From: an uncultured Muribaculaceae bacterium
GTDB taxonomy: Bacteria; Bacteroidota; Bacteroidia; Bacteroidales; Muribaculaceae
DNA: 64,000 bases
Assembly: GCA_910586595.1 (NCBI GenBank)
Contig: CAJUJB010000010.1
Span: forward strand, 9,534-73,533
Direction: 5' to 3'
Shown here: piece after piece, positions 43,904 to 53,957 of the stretch
Position numbering within the stretch: position 1 is the first letter of the stretch
Layout: every line of letters begins with the position of its first letter
Notes under the pieces: model-generated
The model's input: only the letters and a program-made list of their open reading frames with translations
What the model was told of the DNA's origin: nothing
The model's database searches: none
Position numbers and translations under genes: made by a program

Positions 43904-46132
43904 TCAACGGATACTGAATTCTACAGGGGCAGCTTCGCATAGCGAAGAATTGTCGACCCACAGGTGGAATTTACCCGGCTCGATGATGCGCTCGCCTTTT
44001 GCATTGTGGAAGGCAAGTTCATCGGCTGTGAGTGTGAAGGTCACGTTGCGTGACTCGCCGGGGGCAAGTGTGAATTTCTCGAAGTGCTTGAGTTCTTTCA
44101 CTGGGCGTGTGAGCGAGCCAACGAGGTCGCGCACGTAAAGCTGGGCAACATCCGACGCTGCGACAGAGCCAGTGTTGGTCACCTTGCAGGTCACGGTGAT
44201 GGAGCCGTCGGCAGCCATCTCGCTTGCGCTTAGCTCGGGAGCTCCATACTCGAAGGTTGTGTACGACAATCCATATCCAAATGGGTATAGCGGCGCCACG
44301 CCTGCGTCGAGGAAGAAACTTGTGCAGCCGGTAGATGTCTGGCCGGCCTCAAGAGGAATATCGCCGATAAGTGTGATTTCGTTGGCCGGGCGTCCGGTAT
44401 TTTTAGCCGAGTAATAGAGCGGGAGCTGACCTACCATGCGCGGCAGCGACACGGGAAGTTTGCCACCGGGCGAAACTTCTCCGGCAATTATGCGGGCGAG
44501 GGCAGCCCCACCCATTGTGCCGGGATGGAAAGAGCAGAGCAGGGCGTCGCTGAGTCGGCTCTCTGTCGGCAGTGTGAGCGGTCGGCCAGCCATGACTACG
44601 GTCACGATAGGCTTGCCTGCGGCTTTCAAGGCCTCGAGATAGGCCGTCTGGGCTCCGGGAAGGCTGATGTCGGCGCGTGAGTGGGCTTCGCCCGAGAGTA
44701 CGGCCTCTTCGCCTGTGAAATAAAGTATGACGTCGGCATCGCCTGCGGCCTTGACTGCGGCTGCGAAGCCGTCGGTGCTCAGGTCGCGGCTATAAGCCAG
44801 ACCGGGCATGTAGATGACCGCATCGTCGCCATATTTTTCGCGCAGGGCCGCCAGAGGTGTGACGGTATGGCTTTTTTCACCATCGAAACTCCATGTGCCG
44901 CACTGGTCGTGCGGTGCGTCGGCCATAGGGCCGGTGACGAATATCTTCTGGCTGCCTTTCAACGGTAGAATGCCGTTATTTTTAAGCAATATGGTACTCT
45001 CCTCTACAGTGCGTTGTGCCGCCTCGAGCGCCTCAGGCGTATAGAAGGCTGATGCGTCGGACTTGGGCGCGTAAGGATTGTAGAAGAGGCCCAGCTCCAT
45101 CTTGAGCCGCAGCATATTGCGCACCATATCGTCGATGGTTGCCTGCGACACTTTGCCTTCCTCAACGAGTTTGGCCAGATTAGGAAGGTAGGCATAGCTC
45201 TCCATGTCGACATCGACACCTGCGTTAGCGGCTTTACGGGCTGCATCGGCCATGTCTTCGCAGAAGCCATGGGGAATCATTTCGCGTATCGAGCCCCAGT
45301 CGCTGACCACAAGACCATTCCAGCCCCAGCTGTCGCGCAGCAGGTCGCGCAGCAGATACGAGTTGCCCGACGAGGGTACGCCGTTTATCTCATTGAATGA
45401 GCACATGAATGTGGCAGCTCCGGCATCGGCCGCCTGCTTGAATGGAGGCAGGTAGACGTCGTGGAGCAGTACATCGGGAATCCATGTCGTGTTATAATCG
45501 CGTCCGCTTTCGGCCGCGCCATAACCGGCGAAGTGCTTGACGCAGGCAGCCAACGCGTCGGGCGACGACAAATCGTTGCCCTGATAGCCACGCACCGCGG
45601 CCTCACCCATAGCGCCGGTCAGCACAGGATCTTCGCCGTAACCTTCTGCAATTCGGCCCCAGCGTGCATCGCGGGCAATGTCGACCATGGGAGAGAATGT
45701 CCAGCGTACACCTGTCGAGGTTGCCTCTTTGGCGGCTATGCGCGAGCCTTCTTCAACCAGGGCTGGATTCCACGTGGCCCCCTGACCCAGAGGAATGGGA
45801 AATATGGTGCGGAAACCGTGGATGACGTCGCGGGCGAAAACCAGCGGAATTCCGAGGCGACTCTTCTCTACAGCGTCGTGCTGCAGGCGCGAGATTACCG
45901 TGGGATCTACTTCGTTGAGTACTGAGCCTGCTGTGCCTTTGGTGGCGGCCTCCGACATGCGTGGCGAGTAGCCGTCGCCGGAAATCTGGTTCAGCTGCCC
46001 GATTTTTTCTTCCTGTGTCATACGGCTCAGCAGATCTTCGATTCTGGCTTCCTGATCAGGTGTGAGGGCATAAGCGCCTGCTGCAAGCATAAGGCCGGCA
46101 GCTGCAATAAGTGACTGTAGGGATGTATTCAT
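43904..46132 (-). CDS. bglX: GH3 family beta-glucosidase
   Basis: 742 aa with signal peptide. KHFAGYG and the nucleophile region GLVVSDW are present, along with a C-terminal FnIII-like domain. Confidence 0.85.
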   Translation of the reverse strand: MNTSLQSLIAAAGLMLAAGAYALTPDQEARIEDLLSRMTQEEKIGQLNQISGDGYSPRMSEAATKGTAGSVLNEVDPTVISRLQHDAVEKSRLGIPLVFARDVIHGFRTIFPIPLGQGATWNPALVEEGSRIAAKEATSTGVRWTFSPMVDIARDARWGRIAEGYGEDPVLTGAMGEAAVRGYQGNDLSSPDALAACVKHFAGYGAAESGRDYNTTWIPDVLLHDVYLPPFKQAADAGAATFMCSFNEINGVPSSGNSYLLRDLLRDSWGWNGLVVSDWGSIREMIPHGFCEDMADAARKAANAGVDVDMESYAYLPNLAKLVEEGKVSQATIDDMVRNMLRLKMELGLFYNPYAPKSDASAFYTPEALEAAQRTVEESTILLKNNGILPLKGSQKIFVTGPMADAPHDQCGTWSFDGEKSHTVTPLAALREKYGDDAVIYMPGLAYSRDLSTDGFAAAVKAAGDADVILYFTGEEAVLSGEAHSRADISLPGAQTAYLEALKAAGKPIVTVVMAGRPLTLPTESRLSDALLCSFHPGTMGGAALARIIAGEVSPGGKLPVSLPRMVGQLPLYYSAKNTGRPANEITLIGDIPLEAGQTSTGCTSFFLDAGVAPLYPFGYGLSYTTFEYGAPELSASEMAADGSITVTCKVTNTGSVAASDVAQLYVRDLVGSLTRPVKELKHFEKFTLAPGESRNVTFTLTADELAFHNAKGERIIEPGKFHLWVDNSSLCEAAPVEFSIR

Positions 46133-47313
46133 TTTTTTGTGAAAGGAAATTCAATCCAGGTGGCCCGTTTCCATAGATATTCGAGAGGGCCGTGGGAGTG
46201 GTTGTTAACCCAGATGCGGCATAGAATGTACTGCACTACGAAGATGGCGATGCCCACACATATGCTGGCGGTGATGCCGAGGTGGAGGAAGAGCCCCCAA
46301 TGGTAGAAGAGGGCCGAGCCGATGATGCCCTGGGTCACGTAGTTGGTCATGCTCATGCGGCCGTAGGGGATGAGGGCGCTCAGCCAGCGGCTGATACGAC
46401 GCGTACGGTAATATCCGAAGAGTACTCCGCTGACAAGCACAAGCATGAAGCAGAATTTGGCGAGCGAGGAGAAAATAAGTTTCAGAGGGGTGAGAAGATT
46501 GGGATTCTCCACATAGTTGCCTATCATGGAGGTGAGGCCGTTGAGGGGGAAGAAACATATCAGGGCAATGGCCAGTACGCGCCCCCAGCCGGGCAGAAAT
46601 TCGGCTTTGAACCAGCCGCGACGGCCGATGAGCATACCGATCATGAACAATGAGGCGGTCTGGAATACACGGCCATTCTCCCAAGCCCAGCCTAAAGAGG
46701 CCAGCTGCCCTTCCCAGAGGTTGACTTTTACAGTCTCCCAGAAACTGCCACCGCTCTGCACGGCGAAGGTTGCCGCCCACATCGAGCCGGTGTCAAGTGC
46801 CGGGAGGACATAGTCGGGCGATGAGGCCGCCCGTATAACTTGCCATATGCATACCGGCTGAATCATACAGATGGCTGCCAGAGCAATGATCCAGCGGTCG
46901 GAGAGACGGCATACCGCCACGAGCACAAATCCGGTTAGTGCATACAGCACCAGCACCTCTCCGGTGAAGAATGCGGCGTTAAGCTGCCCGATGAGGAACA
47001 ACAGGAGGAGGCGCCAGCAGAACCGTGCCCTGAAGTCGCGGCCACGCATGCGCTGGTTGTCGTGCTGGATGAAAAAACTGAATCCGAAGAGCAATGCGAA
47101 TATGGCATAGGCTTTGCCGCCGAAGGCGAAGAAGAGCGAATCCCAGATCGCCTTATCGGTGAAGTTGAGCCATGTGCTTTGGGTAGCCGGGTCGGGGAAT
47201 GAATAGAAGTTGAAGTGCTCTATGGAGTGGAGGAGGATAATGGCAAGCACGGCAAAGCCGCGCAGCACATCGGCTGCGTCGACTCTGGCGTGTCGTTTGA
47301 TGGATGAGGTCAT
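46129..47313 (-). CDS. DUF418/DUF1624-type polytopic membrane protein (HGSNAT/YeiB-like putative acyltransferase)
   Basis: 394 aa. The N-terminus RVDAADVLRGFAVLAIILLH is typical of this family. About 10 TM segments. There is a 4-nt overlap with bglX. Confidence 0.55.
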   Translation of the reverse strand: MTSSIKRHARVDAADVLRGFAVLAIILLHSIEHFNFYSFPDPATQSTWLNFTDKAIWDSLFFAFGGKAYAIFALLFGFSFFIQHDNQRMRGRDFRARFCWRLLLLFLIGQLNAAFFTGEVLVLYALTGFVLVAVCRLSDRWIIALAAICMIQPVCIWQVIRAASSPDYVLPALDTGSMWAATFAVQSGGSFWETVKVNLWEGQLASLGWAWENGRVFQTASLFMIGMLIGRRGWFKAEFLPGWGRVLAIALICFFPLNGLTSMIGNYVENPNLLTPLKLIFSSLAKFCFMLVLVSGVLFGYYRTRRISRWLSALIPYGRMSMTNYVTQGIIGSALFYHWGLFLHLGITASICVGIAIFVVQYILCRIWVNNHSHGPLEYLWKRATWIEFPFTKK

Positions 47314-47315
47314 TA

Positions 47316-48614
47316 TCAGTGGAGACGTGAATATGAATATCCGAAGCGCTCGAAGGCTGCACGGTCGAGAGCCTCGCGGTCTTCGGGCTTGGCGATGGAG
47401 ATGAGCAGCTTTGCGCGCTCAGGCAGGCTCTTGCCTCGAAGATTGACGGCACCATGCTCGGTCACCACATAGTTCGACTGGAAGCGGGTGGTGACTACAC
47501 CGGCGCCGGGCGTGAGGGTGGGCTTTATCTTGCCCATGCCCTTGGTGGTGGTCGATGTCATTGCCAGGAACGACAAGCCGCCTTCGCTGCGTGAGGCGCC
47601 GTAGACAAAGTCGTGCTGGCCGCCGACACCTGAGAAAATGCGTGTGCCTATCGAGTCGGCGCATATCTGGCCTGTAAGGTCTATCTCGAGGCATGAGTTG
47701 ATGGCCATCACCTTGGGATTCTGTGCGATGATAAACGGATCATTGGTCCAGGCAACGTCTTTAAATATCATGTCTTGATTGTAATCCATGAGTTTGTAGA
47801 GGTTGCGGGAGCCTAATGCGAGGCAAGCCACCGACTTGCCTGGATATACCTTCTTCATCGAGTTGTCGATGACTCCACTCTCGATCAGAGGCAGAACTCC
47901 GTCGGTCATGGCTTCGGTGTGCAAGCCGAGATGGCGATGGTCGCGCAGAGCGCGTATCACGGCGTTGGGTATGCCGCCGACACCGATCTGGAGCGTAGCT
48001 CCGTCAGGAATCAGTTCTGCAATGGCATTGCCGATGGCGGTTTCTGCCGGGCCCGGCTCGGGGGTGGGAACCTCGACGAGAGGATCGTCTACCAGAACCG
48101 CCGCATCAATGCGCGAGATATGCACGACCGGGTCACCGTAGCTGAATGGCATGTGTGGATTGAGCTGGGCTATGATCACGCGTGCGCACTCGGTGGCTGA
48201 GGTTGCCAGGTCGGCCGAGACACCGTAGCTCACATACCCGTCTTTGTCGGGCATGGAGCAGTTGAGCAGCACTACGTCGACGGGCCATGTGCCGTCGCGG
48301 AATAAAGCCGGAACCTCGCCCAGGAAGCGAGGGGTGGTGGCTCCGTAGCCTTCGGCTATCCAGCGGCGCACGTTGTTCGACACAAAGCATGTGTCGACCA
48401 GAAACGAATCCTTGAACTCGGGGCGGCAGTAGGGAGCCTCGCCTTTGGCCACGGAGAAGCCGGAATAGAGAGTTACGTCGCGCAGCTCATGACCGCGTCG
48501 CGCCATTGCTTCAACAAGTGTCTCAGGCACCGAGGTGCTGCCCTGGATGTAGACGTGGTCGCCGCTCTTGATGAGTTTTACGGCCTCGTCAGCCGATACA
48601 GTTTTCAAGTTCAT
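47316..48614 (-). CDS. acetyl-CoA hydrolase/transferase family protein (4-hydroxybutyrate/acyl-CoA:acetate CoA-transferase-like)
   Basis: Trimmed to MNLKTVSADEAVKLIKSGDHVYIQGSTSVPETL. SGVGGQHDF and VVTEHG motifs are present. Confidence 0.8.
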   Translation of the reverse strand: MNLKTVSADEAVKLIKSGDHVYIQGSTSVPETLVEAMARRGHELRDVTLYSGFSVAKGEAPYCRPEFKDSFLVDTCFVSNNVRRWIAEGYGATTPRFLGEVPALFRDGTWPVDVVLLNCSMPDKDGYVSYGVSADLATSATECARVIIAQLNPHMPFSYGDPVVHISRIDAAVLVDDPLVEVPTPEPGPAETAIGNAIAELIPDGATLQIGVGGIPNAVIRALRDHRHLGLHTEAMTDGVLPLIESGVIDNSMKKVYPGKSVACLALGSRNLYKLMDYNQDMIFKDVAWTNDPFIIAQNPKVMAINSCLEIDLTGQICADSIGTRIFSGVGGQHDFVYGASRSEGGLSFLAMTSTTTKGMGKIKPTLTPGAGVVTTRFQSNYVVTEHGAVNLRGKSLPERAKLLISIAKPEDREALDRAAFERFGYSYSRLH

Positions 48615-49944
48615 GCTCAGCAGGGGTGGTTTGTGTGGTGGGGAAGTCGCGGTGGAAGGCTTCGAGGCGAGTCTTGAGGTGGTGGAATATATCGTCGGAC
48701 GACAGCATCGACACACATACCCTCACTCCGTCGCGGTGGCTGCCGGTCGAAGACAGGGGGATGGTAGACACTCCGTAGCGGAGCAGTTCTTCCTGCAGGC
48801 GGTCGCCGGTCATGCCAGGATAGCCTACGGTGAAGAAGAATCCGTCGGAGATGGGGTTGCCGTCGTCGTCGCTGTATACGAGGTGGAAGCCGTTGGATGT
48901 GAAGAGTTCTTTGGCCTGGGCCGCGCGACGGCCGTATTCGCGTGCCGCGTCGACAAAATCGAGGGTGCCGTCGGCTGCCGCTCCGAGCATTGCTGCAAAT
49001 GCATGCTGAGCCGAATGACATACGCCCGACGATGCGCAATAGAGCACGCCGAAGATGTATGCGTCGCCGAAGGCCGGCATATCGTAGAATGATGCCAGAT
49101 AATCATAGCGGCGGTCGTAGACAGCCGGGCTCATGCAGACCATAGCTATACGTTGGCCGGCGTAGCTGAATATCTTAGAGGCTGATACGAAGAGTATGTA
49201 TCGGTCGGTATATCGGGCGATGGTCGGGATATAAGGCTCGGTATAAGGCACGCCATAGCGCTGGCGGAAGTCCATGCCGAGATAGGCGAGGTCTTCCATG
49301 ATTATCACATCGTATTTCTCAGCCATGCGGGCGAGGATACGGTATTCGGTGTCGGTGATGTTGATCCAGGCCGGGTTATTGGGTGTGCTGTAGACGATGG
49401 CGGTAATGTTTCCTTTTGAGAGGATGGCCTCGAGCCTCTCTTCGAGAGCTTCGCCGCGGCAGTCGTAGACATCGAGCGATTCTTGCTTCAGTCCGAGCAG
49501 CTTTGCCTGATGATGCTGTGCAGGGAAGCCCGGGTCAAGGAACAGGATGGTGTCTTTGCCGGGCAGGCGCTGGCCCATGAGCAGGAACATGGTGAAGGTG
49601 GCCTGCATCGAGCCTACTGTAGGCACAATGCAGCGGCCGGGAAGGTCGATGTCGAGGAAAGCCTTCAGAAACCGGCTTCCGTTCTCCTTGAGCTGCGGGA
49701 TGCCGGCGATATTGGGGTACTGGTTGGCGATGCCACCGAGGAGGGCGCGATGCTCCGCCTCAATGCCGATCTGCGATGCCGGTAACCCGGGATTACCCAT
49801 CTCAAGATGTACGACCGGCACGCCCAGATGTGGCTCGAGGCGTGTGCTCAGGGCGAGAATCTGACGTATGGTGGCGGCTCCGATGTGCGGGATGTCCATG
49901 GCGTCCATCTCGCGTCGGAGTACTTCGTGGGATACTGGTTTCAT
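48589..49944 (-). CDS. PLP-dependent aminotransferase (class I/II)
   Basis: 451 aa. NNPAW and the SASKIFSYAGQR PLP-lysine motif are present. The 3' end overlaps the CoA-transferase start by 26 nt. Confidence 0.75.
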   Translation of the reverse strand: MKPVSHEVLRREMDAMDIPHIGAATIRQILALSTRLEPHLGVPVVHLEMGNPGLPASQIGIEAEHRALLGGIANQYPNIAGIPQLKENGSRFLKAFLDIDLPGRCIVPTVGSMQATFTMFLLMGQRLPGKDTILFLDPGFPAQHHQAKLLGLKQESLDVYDCRGEALEERLEAILSKGNITAIVYSTPNNPAWINITDTEYRILARMAEKYDVIIMEDLAYLGMDFRQRYGVPYTEPYIPTIARYTDRYILFVSASKIFSYAGQRIAMVCMSPAVYDRRYDYLASFYDMPAFGDAYIFGVLYCASSGVCHSAQHAFAAMLGAAADGTLDFVDAAREYGRRAAQAKELFTSNGFHLVYSDDDGNPISDGFFFTVGYPGMTGDRLQEELLRYGVSTIPLSSTGSHRDGVRVCVSMLSSDDIFHHLKTRLEAFHRDFPTTQTTPAEHELENCIG

Positions 49945-49973
49945 AATGATGATGAAATGGTAGATCTAACGGA

Positions 49974-50546
49974 TTAAACAGAGGCTGCCCGGCCTGCACG
50001 GAAGGCTGCGAGATTACTTTCGACAATTTTTTCGCCCTTGGCTCCGAAGACGGTGCGGATGCCTTCTTCAATCTTGTCGCATCCGATGGCGATGAAGGGA
50101 GAGGCTGCGCCGAGGAGAATCATGTTGGATGAGCGGGGCGATCCGAGTTCGCGCGCCATGGCATCCATGTCGAAGGCCACGGTGCCCGGACGCCCTTCGA
50201 GATCTCCCAGAATGGCTTCCAGGTCAGGGTATGAGGGGATGTTGACGAAAGGTACGGTGTTGGTGATGATGCGGCCTTCAGGAGCGAGCCACTGGAGGTA
50301 ACGCAGGGCTTCCATAGGCTCGAGCGATACGATAAGATCGGCTCCGCGCAGAGGTATGAGGTCGGCTGCTATAGGCTCGGAGCTCAGACGGAGACACGAC
50401 ATTACGTCGCCTCCGCGCTGGCTCATTCCATGCACTTCGGCCTGCTTCAGATATAGGTTTTCAGAGAGTGCGGCCGCGCCGAGCACTGTGGCTATCGATA
50501 GAATGCCCTGGCCTCCGACGCCGGCAAGTATTATGTCGGTTTTCAT
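49974..50546 (-). CDS. iorB: indolepyruvate:ferredoxin oxidoreductase subunit beta
   Basis: 190 aa. The MKTDIILAGVGGQGILS...HGMSQRGG pattern matches the 2-oxoacid:ferredoxin oxidoreductase gamma domain. Confidence 0.8.
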   Translation of the reverse strand: MKTDIILAGVGGQGILSIATVLGAAALSENLYLKQAEVHGMSQRGGDVMSCLRLSSEPIAADLIPLRGADLIVSLEPMEALRYLQWLAPEGRIITNTVPFVNIPSYPDLEAILGDLEGRPGTVAFDMDAMARELGSPRSSNMILLGAASPFIAIGCDKIEEGIRTVFGAKGEKIVESNLAAFRAGRAASV

Positions 50547-50573
50547 AATAATGTGATGCTGGATGTGTATGGA

Positions 50574-52193
50574 TTATTTTTTCTTGGCATGGCGGCGTGC
50601 GGTCTGGATACATTCGCGGCGCGAGATAATCACCGACAGGCCTTTGTAGGCGAATTCTTCTGTAAAGAGACGCTTCATGTCTTCGAAGTTCTTCGGGAGG
50701 GAGTCGATGGTTTTCAGGTGGGCCGGATCGGTGCCGAGACCGAGGCATATCTCCTCGAGTTTGCCGGTGCCTTGCGAGTCCTGGCCGCCTGTCATGCCGG
50801 TAGTAAGGTTGTCGGAGATTATGACGGTCATGGGGGTGTTCTCGTTTATCGCGTCGAGTAATCCGGTCATGCCCGAGTGAGTGAAGGTAGAGTCGCCGAT
50901 TATAGCCACGGCGGGATGCTGGCCAGCGTCAGCGGCGCCTTTGGCCATGGTGATGGAGGCACCCATGTCGACAGTGGTGTCGAGTGCGTTGAATGGAGCG
51001 AGGAAGCCGAGGGTATAGCAGCCGATGTCGCCGAATACTTTTGGATTTGAGAAGTCTTCGAGGGCGGCGTTGAGGGCGGCGTATACATCGCGGTGACCGC
51101 AGCCCTGGCATAAGGCCGGTGGACGGGGCACTACGAGGGGATGGGGCTCAGGAGCCATGGGCACGAGCTTGTCGCGCATCTCGGGGAAAAGACGGGCCAC
51201 ACCTTCGGCAACGGAGTCGGGTGTAAGCTCACCGGTGCGCGGCAGTATGCCGTCGAGTTTACCGTATACCTTAAGGCCACGGTCGAGCAAGCCGCGGAGG
51301 GCCGACTCAATTACCGGCTGACCTTCTTCGGCCACAAGTATTGCCTCACACTCGTCGGCAAGACGGGCAACAAGCTTTTTGGGGAGGGGGTACTGCGAAA
51401 TTTTGAGCACCGGGAACGGGCACTGCCCTTTGAAGCACTCGGCCACATAGTTGGCGGCGATTCCGGATGCGAGTATGCCTATGCGGTGGTCGGGAGAGTC
51501 GGTATACTTGTTGAATGGCGACTCTTCGGAGAGACGTTCCATCTCTTTGCGGTCTTCGAGCAACTGGCGGTAACGTACGCGCGAGTTTCCGGGCATAAGC
51601 ACCCATTGACGTGGATTGGAGGGATATGATATTTCGTTCTGTGCGTCGGCTTCATTCTGGCAATTGACTACTGCACGGGAGTGGGCGAGACGTGTCACCA
51701 TACGCACCATCACAGGTATGCGCAGTTTCTCCGAGAGGACGAATCCGTATGCGCCCATGTCGTAGGCTTCCTGCTGGTCAGACGGCTCGAGCACCGGCAC
51801 GATGGCGAAGTCGGCGTAGAAACGGGAATCCTGTTCATTTTGCGAGGAGTGCATCGAGGGGTCGTCGGCAGAGATGACGAGCATGCCTCCGTTAGCTCCG
51901 GTCATTGCAGAATTTACAAAAGGATCGGCGGCCACGTTGAGACCTACGTGCTTCATGGATACCATGGTGCGTTTGCCGCAGAACGACATACCGAGAGCTT
52001 CTTCAAGCGCGGTTTTTTCGTTTGATGACCAGTGGGAATGTATGTTTCTTTCCCGGGCCACAGGCGAAGCCTGCACAAATTCGAGAATTTCTGTGGATGG
52101 GGTGCCAGGATAGGCATAGGCCCCCGATAGTCCTGCGTTGATGGCTCCTAAGGCCAGAGCCTCGTCGCCAAGAAGGAGTCGTTTGGTGTTCAT
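50574..52193 (-). CDS. iorA: indolepyruvate:ferredoxin oxidoreductase subunit alpha
   Basis: Trimmed to MNTKRLLLGDEALALGAINAGLSGAYAYPGTPSTEI (alternative start 52214). The TPP motif GDSTFTHSG and a CQGCGH region are present. Confidence 0.85.
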   Translation of the reverse strand: MNTKRLLLGDEALALGAINAGLSGAYAYPGTPSTEILEFVQASPVARERNIHSHWSSNEKTALEEALGMSFCGKRTMVSMKHVGLNVAADPFVNSAMTGANGGMLVISADDPSMHSSQNEQDSRFYADFAIVPVLEPSDQQEAYDMGAYGFVLSEKLRIPVMVRMVTRLAHSRAVVNCQNEADAQNEISYPSNPRQWVLMPGNSRVRYRQLLEDRKEMERLSEESPFNKYTDSPDHRIGILASGIAANYVAECFKGQCPFPVLKISQYPLPKKLVARLADECEAILVAEEGQPVIESALRGLLDRGLKVYGKLDGILPRTGELTPDSVAEGVARLFPEMRDKLVPMAPEPHPLVVPRPPALCQGCGHRDVYAALNAALEDFSNPKVFGDIGCYTLGFLAPFNALDTTVDMGASITMAKGAADAGQHPAVAIIGDSTFTHSGMTGLLDAINENTPMTVIISDNLTTGMTGGQDSQGTGKLEEICLGLGTDPAHLKTIDSLPKNFEDMKRLFTEEFAYKGLSVIISRRECIQTARRHAKKK

Positions 52194-52272
52194 AGTATTC
52201 AAGGTTTCTGTCATAATCCGGCAGGCGGCGCACAGCGGAATGGCATACGTCTGCTTTGGTGGGATATTTGCG

Positions 52273-52280
52273 CAAAGATA
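52273..52280 (-). promoter_or_regulatory. -7 box TATCTTTG upstream of iorA
   Basis: TAnnTTTG match on the minus strand, about 60-80 nt upstream of the candidate iorA starts. Confidence 0.4.
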
Positions 52281-52492
52281 GGAAATAATCCTCACTTAAG
52301 CAAGATGTATTTTCATTCAGGCATGATTTAATGTGGTTGATAAGGTATGCACAAGCATATTGTCAGAAATGATGTTGCGGATTGCTGAATTGGGCGCCCC
52401 CGGGTGACTTTATGTAAGCCATAGCCTCGGGTATGAGCCGCCCGGCAAAGCGGTTTGAGCCGTAGAACAAAGTCGGTGCGATATATTTTTGG

Positions 52493-52500
52493 TATATTTG
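52493..52500 (+). promoter_or_regulatory. -7 box TATATTTG upstream of the AraC-family gene
   Basis: TAnnTTTG match 22 nt upstream of the ATG at 52522. Confidence 0.45.
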
Positions 52501-52521
52501 CAGTCTAAAACAGAATGCAAT

Positions 52522-53346
52522 ATGGAACAGTTGAAGGTGCTTGATTATTCCAATGTTTTTATCGCCAGTTATTTCACTGACGACAGGGAGTGTGCGCATC
52601 CCAATGCAGAGCATACGTTGATATATATCGTGTCGGGCGAGCTGGAAATCACCGATAAGGGAAAGAAGTCGATACTTCATCCAGGCGAATGTGCGTTTAT
52701 GCGCCGCGACAACAAGATGTTGCTTCAGAAAAGGGTGAAGGACGGGGTTCCCTACCATTCCGTGGTGTTGAAATTCAACCGTAAGTTCTTGCGCGAATTT
52801 TTCTCAGGCATTGATAGAAAATCCTTACCGGAAGTGGCTAAACGCAATAAAAAGAGCCTGACTCTTCTGCCAGCAAATCGACCGGATATACGCAGCCTGT
52901 TTGAGTCGATTTTGCCATACTTTGACTCGGAAGTTAGACCGGCAGATGCGCTGTTACAGCTGAAAATGACAGAAGGACTTTATGTATTGCTCAATACCGA
53001 CCCTGATCTTTATGCCTCATTGTTTGACTTTACTGATCCTTGGAAAATAGATTTGCTTGAATTTATGAACGAGAATTATATGGAGGAGCTCTCGATGGAA
53101 GAAATGGCAAGTTACACAGGCCGAAGCCTCGCTTCGTTCAAGCGCGATTTCAAGAAGGTAAGCGACCTCTCGCCCCTGAAATGGATTATCAATCGTCGCC
53201 TGGAAGCTGCCTATGAATTGATCAGACAGGGGTGTGTCAATATTACCGACGTATGTTATAAGGTTGGATTCAAAAATCTCTCACATTTCTCAAAAGTATT
53301 CAAGGAGAAATATGGCATGGCACCTACCGCACTTGTAATCGCATAA
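52522..53346 (+). CDS. AraC family transcriptional regulator (cupin-like N-domain + HTH)
   Basis: Trimmed to MEQLKVLDY. C-terminal HTH_18-like region: SLASFKRDFKKVSDLSPLKWIINRRLEAAYELI...VGFKNLSHFSKVFKEKYGMAP. Confidence 0.8.
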   Translation: MEQLKVLDYSNVFIASYFTDDRECAHPNAEHTLIYIVSGELEITDKGKKSILHPGECAFMRRDNKMLLQKRVKDGVPYHSVVLKFNRKFLREFFSGIDRKSLPEVAKRNKKSLTLLPANRPDIRSLFESILPYFDSEVRPADALLQLKMTEGLYVLLNTDPDLYASLFDFTDPWKIDLLEFMNENYMEELSMEEMASYTGRSLASFKRDFKKVSDLSPLKWIINRRLEAAYELIRQGCVNITDVCYKVGFKNLSHFSKVFKEKYGMAPTALVIA

Positions 53347-53350
53347 TTTT

Positions 53351-53875
53351 ATGGAAGAGATAAGGATTGATTGTTCAAACCAGAGTGCCGAAGAATTGGC
53401 TTTGGCGAAGCGGCAGGCTCAGCTGATATTCAAGCTGAACCATACCATGCCGATGACCGATGAGTATGACGCGCTTGTGCATGAGATATTCCCGGATATG
53501 GGAGAAGGCAGCCGTATAAATACTCCCTTGACTGCCGTGCGCCCCCACATGGTGAAGATCGGTCGAAATGTAGTAGTTATGAACGGCTGCCTGATGATGT
53601 CGGCCGGTGGAATCACGATAGAGGATGAGGCATTGATCGCCGCCAATGTGCAGCTCATCTCCAACAACCATGACCTCCACAATCGTAATATTATCACCTG
53701 CCGCCCTATACGCATCTGCCGCAAAGCATGGATTGGTGCCGGAGCGACGATATTACCGGGTGTCACGGTCGGTGAAAATGCTGTGGTCGGGGCGGGGAGT
53801 GTTGTCACCCGCGATGTGCCGCCAGACACAATAGTGGCAGGCAATCCCGCACGTATTATAAAAAAGATAGATTGA
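53351..53875 (+). CDS. hexapeptide-repeat sugar O-acetyltransferase (maltose/galactoside acetyltransferase family)
   Basis: 174 aa. The left-handed beta-helix repeats end in WIGAGATILPGVTVGENAVVGAGSVVTRDVPPDTIVAGNPARII. Confidence 0.8.
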   Translation: MEEIRIDCSNQSAEELALAKRQAQLIFKLNHTMPMTDEYDALVHEIFPDMGEGSRINTPLTAVRPHMVKIGRNVVVMNGCLMMSAGGITIEDEALIAANVQLISNNHDLHNRNIITCRPIRICRKAWIGAGATILPGVTVGENAVVGAGSVVTRDVPPDTIVAGNPARIIKKID

Positions 53876-53957
53876 GCTTAACAACAAACATATTTGAGCC
53901 TCGCAGCAAACCCGCTGCGGGGCTTTGTCTGTAATTTTGCATCAGAAAATCAAACTG

